64,000 bases of DNA from Enterobacter phage EC152, in the sequence record PP681140.1. The stretch is one strand, 5' to 3'. Below are positions 20,245 through 29,345 of this stretch, piece after piece. The notes below the pieces were generated by a model. It did no database searches. It was given only the letters and a program-made list of their open reading frames with translations, and had not been told where the DNA came from. Each line of letters starts with the position of its first letter. The stretch's first letter is position 1. A program made the translations under genes and the position numbers.

Positions 20245-22053
20245 GTGGCAGATATGACTCAATTTGAACAGGCTGTTGATCAGGTCATCGAAGACTCTGA
20301 ACGCCTGCACAAAGTTGTCAACGGAACGGCTTCTGAAACTGTTGTTACTGAAGATGGTAGCACCATCCCAACAGTTCGTAAAGCTCTTCTCGACAACTTA
20401 TTTTTTAAGACACCGCCTATTCCTTGGGTAGCCGGGTCTCAGGCAACGGTCTTTAACCAGCTTTACGCATTCAACGGTACAAACGGTGTCCAGTGGTGGT
20501 ATGCACCTGGTGCAACAGCAACTACTCCTGTAACTCTGCCTGCAAACCCATCTACCAGTGTTAACTGGAGACTGTATAATGATGCGGCTGCGATGGCTTC
20601 CATCTATGCCCCTATCAACAGTCCGATCCTGACTGGTAACCCGCAGGCTCCAACCCCTGCTGCAAACAGCAACAGTACCACTATTGCAACAACAGCCTTT
20701 GTGACAACAGCAATTGCAAGCGCACTGTCCAGCATCTCTGGTGGTAGCGTTACTTTTGCAAACGTGACTGTCTCTGGGGCAACAACCCTGAATACCCTTA
20801 CCGTCAACGGGACAACTACGTTAAACGGTCCGGTGAACGCAGACAACTCTACGGGTCGTTTCCAGAACCTGATTTTGACTAAGCAGGCTTCCAGCCTGAC
20901 ATTTGTCTACACAGATGCTGCTAACCCGACATTCTTCAAGACACGCCTTGATCCTTACGCGATCCAGACCCACAACCTGCAAACAGATATTATTGTCAAC
21001 GGTACAGTTTCCGCTGATGACACCACAATGTCAATGACAGGTGTTGGTAACAACGTCTTCGATTATGTTTATATCCGTGGTAATAACGCGAAAGATGTCT
21101 CTGCTCCACGACTGAAAGTTTCAGGGATGACTGAGGTAGAGAACCTTCACATCACAGGCTCTGTAACTGGTTTAAGCTTCAGTGTGAATGGCCTAGATAT
21201 CAGTCCTAACTCTGTAACAACCACAGCAGGTATCACCGTAGGTTCCGACCTGCAAGTGAACGGGTCTGCAACACTGGGTAACACCACAGTTTCCAGCCTT
21301 GAAGTGATCAACACCCTCAAGGTCGATGGTTCTACAACCCTTGTTGACTTCACAGCTTCAAGTGGTACAATAACTGGACCCTTCACTGTTGGTGGTCTAA
21401 GCAACCTGAATGGTGGTTTCACTACCGGATCAGCTAATGGATCAATCGGTGGTAATCTCTCCGTGACTGGTTCAACAGAGCTTCTTTCCGGGCTGAATGT
21501 AACTGGGGATGTTGCAATCAATGGTAACCTATCAGCGACTGGCGATGTCAACCTGAACAACGGTTCCGGAACAACAACGGTGAACAACCTTGTTATCCAG
21601 GGTACTGTGACAGGGCTGACAGTTGACCTGACAGGACAATCTGTTAGTGTTGCCTCTTTGACTGCTACAGGATCTGTTACGGCTGCTACTCTTACTGTGC
21701 AGGACACAGCAGACCTTCCTAATGCCCGTGTTGGATTCCTGACGCTGGTTGCGGAAGACGTTGAGAGTTCTACTGCGAACTGGACCCCAAGCGGGACATC
21801 AAACATCTATACGGTCTTGGTTGACGCAAACCTGACAATCGGTGCATGGCCTTCTCCACCAAACGCATTCTCTGCAATGATTTACTTGACCCAGGATGCA
21901 ACCGGAGGACACACGGTAACACTTGACCCTAACTATCTGGTGCTTAACAGCGAAACAATCAACCAGACAGCGGGTTCTGTGACTATTCTTCAGCTTACCT
22001 ATAACGGTGTTGAAGATGGGGTTATCGACACAGTGATTGTTCGTCGTCCATAA
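20245..22053 (+). CDS. second tail fiber protein (repetitive Thr/Asn/Gly-rich shaft)
   Basis: 603 aa from GTG 20245 placed 6 nt after AAGGAG; ORF-track ATG 20209 is an in-frame alternative overlapping the previous gene. Confidence 0.5.
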   Translation: MADMTQFEQAVDQVIEDSERLHKVVNGTASETVVTEDGSTIPTVRKALLDNLFFKTPPIPWVAGSQATVFNQLYAFNGTNGVQWWYAPGATATTPVTLPANPSTSVNWRLYNDAAAMASIYAPINSPILTGNPQAPTPAANSNSTTIATTAFVTTAIASALSSISGGSVTFANVTVSGATTLNTLTVNGTTTLNGPVNADNSTGRFQNLILTKQASSLTFVYTDAANPTFFKTRLDPYAIQTHNLQTDIIVNGTVSADDTTMSMTGVGNNVFDYVYIRGNNAKDVSAPRLKVSGMTEVENLHITGSVTGLSFSVNGLDISPNSVTTTAGITVGSDLQVNGSATLGNTTVSSLEVINTLKVDGSTTLVDFTASSGTITGPFTVGGLSNLNGGFTTGSANGSIGGNLSVTGSTELLSGLNVTGDVAINGNLSATGDVNLNNGSGTTTVNNLVIQGTVTGLTVDLTGQSVSVASLTATGSVTAATLTVQDTADLPNARVGFLTLVAEDVESSTANWTPSGTSNIYTVLVDANLTIGAWPSPPNAFSAMIYLTQDATGGHTVTLDPNYLVLNSETINQTAGSVTILQLTYNGVEDGVIDTVIVRRP

Positions 22054-22058
22054 TATCA

Positions 22059-22088
22059 AGGGCTGTCTTCGGACAGCCTTTTCTTTAG
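22059..22088 (+). terminator. rho-independent terminator with UUCG tetraloop (GGCTGTC-TTCG-GACAGCC + TTTTCTTT)
   Basis: stem-loop plus U-tract right after fiber gene. Confidence 0.65.
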
Positions 22089-22097
22089 GAGGTTTTA

Positions 22098-23801
22098 ATG
22101 TTTCCTATTCCAAGCCTGTTCCTGCTAATGGCAGGTGGTGGTACAACCCCACTACCTCCTGGCGGGGTAAAAAAGATCTCTTTCTCCAGAGAACAAACAA
22201 CTGGCGTAAAAAGATCTATGGCTATTCTTCTGACAGACGGAAGACTCTACACTCAAGGCGATAATGCCTGGGGAGAATGTGCAGATGGAACAACAAGTCC
22301 ATTCTACGATCATTGGAAACTTGCTGCAAGTAATGTAGCAGATGTTTTTGGTGTTGGGAAGGCCTTTGTAGTAAAATATAATAATGGCGGTTGGCAATAC
22401 GCTGGTGACCAAGGCCAGTTTACAGGAACTGTTTCAAATGCCCTCGCATGGACAAGCTTCCCATCTTCAATCACGGGGACAGTAAACCTGGCAAACCTCT
22501 CTAGTATTGTTGGCGGCGGTGGCAATACGCTGTGGCTAATGAATAATGGCACTCTGTATGGCAGCGGGGCCAACGCAAATGGTTGTCTTGGGTCTGGTAA
22601 CTCCAACCCTATCCCCATCCCCCGCACGATCAGTTCTTCATGTGTACGTGCCTTTGGCCTTAACGCATGTACAACATATCTGAATAATGTCGGGGTCCCT
22701 CGTGTTTGTGGATCTACATACGGAATCAACGGTTCGTTCACTCCGATCATGAGCTTTGCAAACGTAACTTTCACAGGGGCAACAGGGACTATTTACGCAA
22801 AAGAGTGGATGTGTAATGAAACAAACACCATTGCTATCGCCTCAACAGGGGCCTCTGATAATAACCACTATCTGTATACTCGCGGGGTAACCACTGACAA
22901 TGGAACCTACACAAAGGTTACAGGATTCGGCCCATTCACAACATTTCGTGTTCTGGATGGTGGTCAGTCAAGATTCTTTATTGCTGACGATGTTCTGTAT
23001 GCACTGGGAGACTCGCAGAGAAACCTCGGACTTGGAGACTCCACCACTTCGGTTACGGCCCCTACTGTAATTCCTGTTCCTACCGGAGCAGATTGGGATC
23101 TGAGCAAGCTTACCTTTGTTGCCGAGATGAAGGGTGATAATATGTCTCAAGGTTCGACACTTGGACACTGGATGGTTTATGACGGCAACCTGTTCTATAC
23201 GGGCAGTCCAAAAGGATTCTTTGGTAGCACAACAATTGTAGGGAAATTCACAAACGTGCCAGAAAACTCCTTTGAGGGTATCCGTGCTGACTCTATCACT
23301 ACAGGGTCTATCGGTGTGGCTATTGTTGGTACTACGAAACAGCTTACGTGGTCTATCGATCCACCTGGGGCTGAAATTTATGATTTACAGTTTAGCTCAA
23401 GTCATCCAGAATTTGCAACAGTTGATGCGAATGGACTTATGACCTTCGTTGCTGAAGGTGGTTTTGACATCACCATGACGGCGAAGACAGGGACAAGCGC
23501 AACAACCTTGACAGACAGTTCTGGTGGTTACGCTAATACGATGGGTATGTCTACAGATAGTCTTTCAGCTATGACAGTTGGAGATACTAAGCAACTTGTT
23601 TATACGGTCACACCAGCGGGTGTTGAGAACCTTGACGGGTACTCTATCTCCTTCTCCAGTGAAGACCCAACGGTTGCGACAGTAAGCCCTACAGGACTGA
23701 TTACCGCAGTTGCTGACGGAGGGACTCGTATCCACGCAACAGCAGCAGTTCAGACTGTAACAGCAGACGATAGCTCTTATCTGTCAGTGAACGCTCCATA
23801 A
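22098..23801 (+). CDS. host-interaction protein with RCC1-like beta-propeller repeats and two C-terminal Big_2 (Ig-like) domains
   Basis: 567 aa; repeated …GxLYxxGxNxxGxLG… motifs; two approximately 80-aa repeats (…TWSIDPPGAEIYDLQFSSSHPEFATVDANGLMTFVAEGG… / …VYTVTPAGVENLDGYSISFSSEDPTVATVSPTGLITAVADGG…). Confidence 0.5.
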   Translation: MFPIPSLFLLMAGGGTTPLPPGGVKKISFSREQTTGVKRSMAILLTDGRLYTQGDNAWGECADGTTSPFYDHWKLAASNVADVFGVGKAFVVKYNNGGWQYAGDQGQFTGTVSNALAWTSFPSSITGTVNLANLSSIVGGGGNTLWLMNNGTLYGSGANANGCLGSGNSNPIPIPRTISSSCVRAFGLNACTTYLNNVGVPRVCGSTYGINGSFTPIMSFANVTFTGATGTIYAKEWMCNETNTIAIASTGASDNNHYLYTRGVTTDNGTYTKVTGFGPFTTFRVLDGGQSRFFIADDVLYALGDSQRNLGLGDSTTSVTAPTVIPVPTGADWDLSKLTFVAEMKGDNMSQGSTLGHWMVYDGNLFYTGSPKGFFGSTTIVGKFTNVPENSFEGIRADSITTGSIGVAIVGTTKQLTWSIDPPGAEIYDLQFSSSHPEFATVDANGLMTFVAEGGFDITMTAKTGTSATTLTDSSGGYANTMGMSTDSLSAMTVGDTKQLVYTVTPAGVENLDGYSISFSSEDPTVATVSPTGLITAVADGGTRIHATAAVQTVTADDSSYLSVNAP

Positions 23802-23802
23802 C

Positions 23803-23834
23803 AAAAAGGCTCCCTATTGGGAGCCTTTCTTATT
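23803..23834. terminator. bidirectional rho-independent terminator between convergent operons (AGGCTCCC-TATT-GGGAGCCT flanked by A- and T-tracts)
   Basis: perfect 8-bp GC stem with A5 upstream and T-rich downstream; lies between + gene end 23801 and - gene end 23834. Confidence 0.7.
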
Positions 23835-24970
23835 TAGAATGGAATATCGTCGTCGAAGTCCATAGGCGGTTCATTGTCAAAGTCAACAGGTGGTGCCTGA
23901 ACTGTACCACTCAGAGGCTCCTGTACGGGCTGTGACGGCTTCTGAGCTTCTTCCTGTGCGGTTGCACTGGCATAGGCATAGAACGTCGCTGCAAGGGCAT
24001 ACGCTTCGCGTGTTGCCTTCTCAAGTTCCTCTGCGTCGATAGTCTTGCCTTTAACAGCAATTGTCGTTACCGCAAACTTAACCGCATTACCAACTGTCTG
24101 ACCCACATCCTTACCTTCAGTCTCTGTCAGTTCTTTGATCAGCTTGGTTGTGACATCATGTACAACCTTGCCAGCAGCCTCTACATCACCTTTAAAGCCG
24201 GAAAGCTTTAGGTTAACGAGGGCATTCATAGCATGACCAGCAGACACGCCGACAGGATCATAAGGTGTGCGTTTACCTTTACCACTCGCCCCACCACCTT
24301 GACCTACAGGCCCATAAGCCTTGAAGCTATTGATGATGTTGCCAGTGGAAATGTCAACGAACGCTGCCAGACGACCACCTACAGATACTTCTGCTAGTTG
24401 CTCATCGGACAGGACTACACGGCCCTCTCCCTGTTTTTCATCGTTCACAACTGCAACGTTGCCTTCGATAGACAGGATTTCACCGTAGATCTTAGCACCC
24501 TTTCCACCGCCAGACTGTGCAGGAGCACTTGATTGCTGAGGTGCAGCGTCTGCTGGAGCATCAGTCAAGATCTTGATGTCCTTCTTCTTGCCCTGATAAG
24601 AGGTATTGGTTTTACCATCTTTCTCATAGGTCTGTTTCTGCACTGGATAGATGGAGATCTCTGCACCCGGTAATAGATCTTTATAGCTACCGTCAGCCTG
24701 CTTCACCTGGAACTGGTTTTCGTATTTCAGGTTCTTAACTTCACCTTCACCGAAAGACACAAACTCATCAACGCCACCTGCGGTAAGCAGGATAGAGTAG
24801 CGGTGAGTTGAGGAAATAGTTTTCCCCGCATTAGGACCCTTGTTGATGTGGGTTACCTTAGCAGAACCATCAGCGTTGATACGCTTGATGAATACACGCT
24901 TGATCACACCTTTAGCTTTCAGTGCAACAGAATCATCAGCCGGGTTCACTACTTCAGTAATTACGCTCAT
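23834..24970 (-). CDS. ssb: single-stranded DNA-binding protein with C-terminal DFDDDIPF tail
   Basis: 378 aa from ATG 24970 (AAGGAG SD); terminal DFDDDIPF is the canonical SSB acidic tail; Gly/Gln/Ala-rich linkers. Confidence 0.65.
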   Translation of the reverse strand: MSVITEVVNPADDSVALKAKGVIKRVFIKRINADGSAKVTHINKGPNAGKTISSTHRYSILLTAGGVDEFVSFGEGEVKNLKYENQFQVKQADGSYKDLLPGAEISIYPVQKQTYEKDGKTNTSYQGKKKDIKILTDAPADAAPQQSSAPAQSGGGKGAKIYGEILSIEGNVAVVNDEKQGEGRVVLSDEQLAEVSVGGRLAAFVDISTGNIINSFKAYGPVGQGGGASGKGKRTPYDPVGVSAGHAMNALVNLKLSGFKGDVEAAGKVVHDVTTKLIKELTETEGKDVGQTVGNAVKFAVTTIAVKGKTIDAEELEKATREAYALAATFYAYASATAQEEAQKPSQPVQEPLSGTVQAPPVDFDNEPPMDFDDDIPF

Positions 24971-24983
24971 TCTCTCTCCTTTA

Positions 24984-25331
24984 TTACTTAGTTTCTTCAG
25001 TCTGGGTTTCAGTATTAACACCCAGAAGTCTATCAACAATCAGGTCTTCAACCTGGCTCAACAGGTTCATCGCAAAAGAGGATGCACCGTTCAGTTGCAG
25101 CAGGTTATTACGATGACCACGAACCCATGCTAAAGCGTCTTCAACAGTGCCGTATTGACCGCTGTTGATAACTTTGAGCATTTCATCACGCATACGATCA
25201 GACCCGATGAATTGACTCATCTGAGCGCCAGCGCTTGAAAGAAATACAACGGTTCCGAACTGAGCCTCATCGAGGTCAAGGAAGTGTAGTTGTTCAGGTT
25301 GTTTGTCGATAGGGGTTACATCTTCAGTCAT
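24984..25331 (-). CDS. hypothetical protein (first gene after strong promoter)
   Basis: 115 aa; ATG 25331 4 nt after GGAGG. Confidence 0.55.
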   Translation of the reverse strand: MTEDVTPIDKQPEQLHFLDLDEAQFGTVVFLSSAGAQMSQFIGSDRMRDEMLKVINSGQYGTVEDALAWVRGHRNNLLQLNGASSFAMNLLSQVEDLIVDRLLGVNTETQTEETK

Positions 25332-25358
25332 CAATCCTCCATTTATGAGTGAACGGGT

Positions 25359-25387
25359 ATATTACCCGTTTACACTCGGTATGTCAA
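25359..25387 (-). promoter_or_regulatory. near-consensus sigma70 promoter on minus strand (TTGACA-17-TAATAT) overlapping a palindrome AACGGGTATATTACCCGTT
   Basis: -35 at 25387..25382, -10 at 25364..25359 with 17-bp spacer; the palindrome covers the -10 element and could be an operator. Confidence 0.55.
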
Positions 25388-25393
25388 TAGCTT

Positions 25394-25600
25394 TTAGCGC
25401 TTTTTCTTCAGCTTTTCAATGATGCTCGCAACACCCGCCACCCCAAAAACACCAAGGATGAAAAGCACGATCACACCGATAATAAAGGCAATACCGAAGT
25501 AAAGCGGCAGAAGAACAAGCCACCAAGACCAGGCGATCACACCACACAGTTTGAGTGTGATGAATACCAGCGCTAATAGCGCCATAAAACCAATTTTCAT
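25394..25600 (-). CDS. small membrane protein (two TM helices)
   Basis: 68 aa, highly hydrophobic, C-terminal KLKKKR. Confidence 0.55.
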   Translation of the reverse strand: MKIGFMALLALVFITLKLCGVIAWSWWLVLLPLYFGIAFIIGVIVLFILGVFGVAGVASIIEKLKKKR

Positions 25601-25615
25601 TTTATCTCCTATCAG

Positions 25616-25843
25616 TTAGGGGTACATCCACGATGGGATAGAGGAACTGCCGATAACAACAGATCCGGAAGTTGCATGAGCACTCAACAGACCACCATCC
25701 TCAACATCTATTACCAGCGGTTTCTGTGTTTTTGCCTGCAAACCACAACAAGAGCACTCAATCTGGGTTACGTAGCCTTCAACCACAGCCTCTGTTTTGT
25801 GCAGGTGAGGACACCAAAAGGTCGTTAATTGTTTCAATCGCAA
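25616..25843 (-). CDS. small Cys-containing protein (possible zinc ribbon)
   Basis: 75 aa, CPHLH…CSCCG. Confidence 0.4.
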   Translation of the reverse strand: MRLKQLTTFWCPHLHKTEAVVEGYVTQIECSCCGLQAKTQKPLVIDVEDGGLLSAHATSGSVVIGSSSIPSWMYP

Positions 25844-26406
25844 CTCCCGCTATAAGAAGAGCTTGAATCGCAAGAGGAATACGAATCATTGCTACTTGAG
25901 TGACTTGACGTATAATGAGTATACGTGTCACTGATCGTCGTTGTGTTAATGAACACAGCGTCGTCGTTACGGCGGCGATAGCTATCATCATCCGAAACCA
26001 CACGGCTCCGTGGTGGTGCTGGAGGAGCAGGTGGTCGTTTCTTAGACGCAGTTACTGCCCTTTTCAACTCTTCTGCCTTCAATGGCTTTGCATTGGGTCC
26101 GGGAGATGTTTTAACTGCTGCATTTGCTCGCTCTACATCTTCTTTCATCCAGTCCCTGATACGTTCTTCCCGGCCCTCTGTGACCAGCTTCATTTTGGCA
26201 ACATCTTCAACCGCCCGTCGAGCTATATCACTAAGCTCTTCCTTTGAAAGAGGTCGCAGTTTGTATTCATAGTCGCCATTTGGGTCACGACCCTTTAAGA
26301 TCTTAACCTCAGAGGTTTGAGACACCGTGGTTGTGTTCCCATTCCCAACAGTAACAATGGTGTTGCCACCGAAGATACCCGCTAACCACTTAAAGAATTT
26401 ACCCAT
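25834..26406 (-). CDS. hypothetical protein with Ser-rich C-terminus
   Basis: 190 aa ORF. Confidence 0.45.
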   Translation of the reverse strand: MGKFFKWLAGIFGGNTIVTVGNGNTTTVSQTSEVKILKGRDPNGDYEYKLRPLSKEELSDIARRAVEDVAKMKLVTEGREERIRDWMKEDVERANAAVKTSPGPNAKPLKAEELKRAVTASKKRPPAPPAPPRSRVVSDDDSYRRRNDDAVFINTTTISDTYTHYTSSHSSSNDSYSSCDSSSSYSGSCD

Positions 26407-26702
26407 TATTGCTCCCGCATCTCAAGAATTTCTGTGATGGATGGTACGGCGTGAACACCAACCTGTGTCAGTAAGTCTTTAAAGAACTTATAGATGAAAA
26501 GCCCTTCTTGACTTGTGTGATGCCACTGGTCAATAGCGAAAACCCTTCGGCCTTCCTCTGACCACATGTACTTATAGCAAATCTCCTTTGCTTCATTACG
26601 GTCAACACCTAGAAGCTGTGCGAAGACCCCGTGCGGGTCACTGTGCGGTGCGCCATAGGCTGCTGACCAAGCGTTGCCTACATCGGTATCATACTTACTC
26701 AT
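26406..26702 (-). CDS. hypothetical protein
   Basis: 98 aa; overlapping stop/start with neighbours. Confidence 0.5.
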   Translation of the reverse strand: MSKYDTDVGNAWSAAYGAPHSDPHGVFAQLLGVDRNEAKEICYKYMWSEEGRRVFAIDQWHHTSQEGLFIYKFFKDLLTQVGVHAVPSITEILEMREQ

Positions 26703-26982
26703 AAAACTCCTCCAGAACTTTCCAGATTGTATTCAGTTCCCCACCAGACATCAAGCTCCAGATTACCATGTCCTGATAACCCTTACGGCAAACATCTATC
26801 TGACGGAAAGCTCGATGGAACTCAGCAGGACTATCGTACTCCACTGGCAAGTTGTCAACATTGTCCTGGAAGTATTGCAGAACCAACTTCTCTTCCAGAT
26901 TGGGGAGTTCCACACCCATCTCTAGGCTTTTTTCGTACATCCGTACAAATTTCTCACCAGTGCGTTCTGATTTCATAACCAT
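26695..26982 (-). CDS. hypothetical protein
   Basis: 95 aa. Confidence 0.5.
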   Translation of the reverse strand: MVMKSERTGEKFVRMYEKSLEMGVELPNLEEKLVLQYFQDNVDNLPVEYDSPAEFHRAFRQIDVCRKGYQDMVIWSLMSGGELNTIWKVLEEFYE

Positions 26983-27344
26983 TCGCCAGTCTCCATTTGT
27001 TTTGGTGTCAGAGTTTTAACCTGGTTGTCATCGACAGGTGCAAATCCGACCACAGGCTTGAAGCAACGCTCTTTCTGTGCATCGAACACATAGAAGGCCT
27101 CTACTGCTGCTGGCTTAGCACACGTATTCCAGTGACGCTTGTACATGCCGTAACCACCCTGATATGTCCCAAGATAGAACAGAAGTCCAGCAAAGAAAGC
27201 CACCACTGCAACCGCCACTGTCTTACCCTTCCATGTCGCCGCTCCGGTGGACAAAGACCATCCCCAAAAAACAAAGATGCCGAACATTATTACAGCAGAC
27301 ACCCAGTTGTTGTGCATGATCAACCATTCCCAAAATCCAATCAT
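26973..27344 (-). CDS. inner-membrane protein
   Basis: 123 aa with 2-3 hydrophobic helices. Confidence 0.5.
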   Translation of the reverse strand: MIGFWEWLIMHNNWVSAVIMFGIFVFWGWSLSTGAATWKGKTVAVAVVAFFAGLLFYLGTYQGGYGMYKRHWNTCAKPAAVEAFYVFDAQKERCFKPVVGFAPVDDNQVKTLTPKQMETGEWL

Positions 27345-27347
27345 TTC

Positions 27348-27917
27348 TTATCCTCCAAAAGATGAGCGACTACTCACAGAGCTACCAAAACCACCACGAG
27401 ACGATGTGGTGCTACGAGAAACTGTTGTACGAGGAGACTGGATCGACGGTTTAGCCGCAGAGCTTGTCACCTTAAACGTTTGACCAGGGCGTGCATTGTA
27501 GCTACGGAACTTGTTGTCCATATACTTACCTGAACGATCCTGATACAGCGGTGCTGAGTGATAACCGGAATTCATGCTGTTACCCATCATGTACCCCATC
27601 ATCAACGGCATCCACGAAGAACCACCATCTGAACTGCTTGGGTTGTGTCTGCACTGATCACCGAACTCAGCGTAACAGTCAGAGTAAGTAGCATAACGTG
27701 GTGCAGTTTCATTTGCAACCTTTTCCGCTTCTTGTCTTGCTGCACGACATTGATCCGGTTTGTGAGTATCCGCAATGCACTCATCAACATTTTTGTACAT
27801 CTTCATGTCGATGTCTGCTTGCTCACAACCTGCAACTGTGATTGCCACCGCGAACGGCAGGGCATATCGCCCCACCTTCCGGAAAGCATTCTTATTGATA
27901 TGCTTTGTTCTTTTCAC
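27348..27917 (-). CDS. YgiB-like lipoprotein (DUF1190 family)
   Basis: 189 aa; N-terminus MKRTKHINK…FRK…AITVAGC (lipobox) and motifs APRYATYSDCYAEFG…SWMPLMMGYMMG match E. coli YgiB from memory; Ser-rich tail. Confidence 0.55.
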   Translation of the reverse strand: MKRTKHINKNAFRKVGRYALPFAVAITVAGCEQADIDMKMYKNVDECIADTHKPDQCRAARQEAEKVANETAPRYATYSDCYAEFGDQCRHNPSSSDGGSSWMPLMMGYMMGNSMNSGYHSAPLYQDRSGKYMDNKFRSYNARPGQTFKVTSSAAKPSIQSPRTTVSRSTTSSRGGFGSSVSSRSSFGG

Positions 27918-27930
27918 TTTTCACCCTTGC

Positions 27931-28110
27931 CTAGACTAAAGATGGTATCGCTGCAATCAACGCACCTGCAACCATACCGATAAACATCCCGCCACCCACT
28001 AGCCAACCAAAGTCGCCTGTTCCAAACTGAAGGCCACCGCAAAACGCCGTGAGAACAGAACACATGGTGACTAAAAGAAATACACTTATAAAGACTAGGA
28101 CCTGTTTCAT
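27931..28110 (-). CDS. 59-aa membrane protein (MKQVLVFISVFLLVTMCSVLTAFCGG…), below ORF-track cutoff
   Basis: ATG 28110 overlaps pnuC stop (ATGA); GAGGAG SD; replaces track ORF 27914..28144, which is in another frame. Confidence 0.45.
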   Translation of the reverse strand: MKQVLVFISVFLLVTMCSVLTAFCGGLQFGTGDFGWLVGGGMFIGMVAGALIAAIPSLV

Positions 28111-28814
28111 TTTGACTCCTCTTTACGCCACTTGTAAGCACCATACACAGAGTTCAACAGGAATGTTACCCACATGGCAAGGTTTGCTGCTCCAGCACCT
28201 TGGTGATGCAGCGTAAGGTTGATCCACATAGCCACAGCCACGATGTTCACGATGATCCATACGTACCACTGCTCAGCATAGCGGGTCATCATCAGGTACG
28301 TTGCAAGGACTGACAGGATAGCTGTAGCTGCGTCAGGTCCTGGTAATGAGCCTTTCAGCAGAGAGATCCCCTCAGCGTACAGCGCAATCACAATCAGTGT
28401 ACCAATACCGACTAACCAACGTTGTTTTGTGGTCAGATAGTTCTTGATAACGTCTGCACGTTCACCGTCAGCAGAAACGTTCAGCTTACGCGCCCAGATA
28501 ATCCCGCCGATTACCTGCATCGGGGTGAATAGGACGGTATACATGATCGTTTCGCCATACAGTTTGTACGTGAATGACACATACGCATACAGCACTGTCG
28601 CGATGAAACCCCAATAGTAGCTGGAAAGTTTACCTTTTGCAACCAAAATCGCACCGACGATACCTGTCACGGAAGAGATAAACTCTACCATAGTACCACC
28701 AGTGACGATGGAGACTGTCGCGATGGATGCGGAACAGATCAGAAGCCAGAGGTATTCTAGTTTTGTCCAACCATAGAAGTCTGTCCAGGTTGTTTTTACG
28801 TATAGATTCATCAT
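28107..28814 (-). CDS. pnuC: nicotinamide riboside transporter PnuC-like
   Basis: 235 aa from ATG 28814 (AGGAG SD); 7-8 TM segments; C-terminal WYVWIIVNIVAVAMWI resembles PnuC signature. Confidence 0.6.
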   Translation of the reverse strand: MMNLYVKTTWTDFYGWTKLEYLWLLICSASIATVSIVTGGTMVEFISSVTGIVGAILVAKGKLSSYYWGFIATVLYAYVSFTYKLYGETIMYTVLFTPMQVIGGIIWARKLNVSADGERADVIKNYLTTKQRWLVGIGTLIVIALYAEGISLLKGSLPGPDAATAILSVLATYLMMTRYAEQWYVWIIVNIVAVAMWINLTLHHQGAGAANLAMWVTFLLNSVYGAYKWRKEESK

Positions 28815-28834
28815 GTAATCTTTTCTCCTGTTGT

Positions 28835-29074
28835 TTATCGGATACGAACTTCGTCTAACGAGATAGACTTTAGCCCATATTTTTCTGGTTGTCCAGCAAA
28901 TTCTTCTTCGGTGTAGCAAAAAGACCAAGAACTCCCACGGGCATCAAACATCTCAAATCTGGCATCATACGGATGACGAGCCTCGATGCAGACGTAGAAT
29001 TTTCCGAGAGACATACCATCCTTCGTCTGTTGGTTCATACCGAAGGTGAAGTAGTATTTATTCATGATTTCCAC
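28835..29074 (-). CDS. hypothetical protein
   Basis: 79 aa. Confidence 0.45.
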   Translation of the reverse strand: MEIMNKYYFTFGMNQQTKDGMSLGKFYVCIEARHPYDARFEMFDARGSSWSFCYTEEEFAGQPEKYGLKSISLDEVRIR

Positions 29075-29345
29075 CTCCTGCCCGGCGCACTACAATTCGG
29101 CACTCTTCCATGAGGCTATTTGTGTGGTCTTCTGGTATGTTTGCCTTGATACGCCATGCTTCATACTCTGCCAGCAGACGCTCCATACAACTTAGTAAAT
29201 CAGGTGAGGCAGCAATAAGTCTTGCATTGGCGCGGGTTTCTTCATAACCAACAAGACAACACTTTGCAATTTTTATTTCGTGCAGAATTCCAGTTCCAAC
29301 CTCAGACCCATCGTTTGACCAAGGGCCGGGTGTGTGTTTAGCCAT
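29058..29345 (-). CDS. hypothetical protein
   Basis: start moved to ATG 29345 (AAGGAG SD 5 nt upstream). Confidence 0.45.
   Translation of the reverse strand: MAKHTPGPWSNDGSEVGTGILHEIKIAKCCLVGYEETRANARLIAASPDLLSCMERLLAEYEAWRIKANIPEDHTNSLMEECRIVVRRAGGGNHE

Noticed and set aside
27914-28144. 76-aa track ORF
   Set aside because: Poor composition and no SD; a 59-aa TM peptide in another frame with GAGGAG SD and ATGA coupling to pnuC fits better
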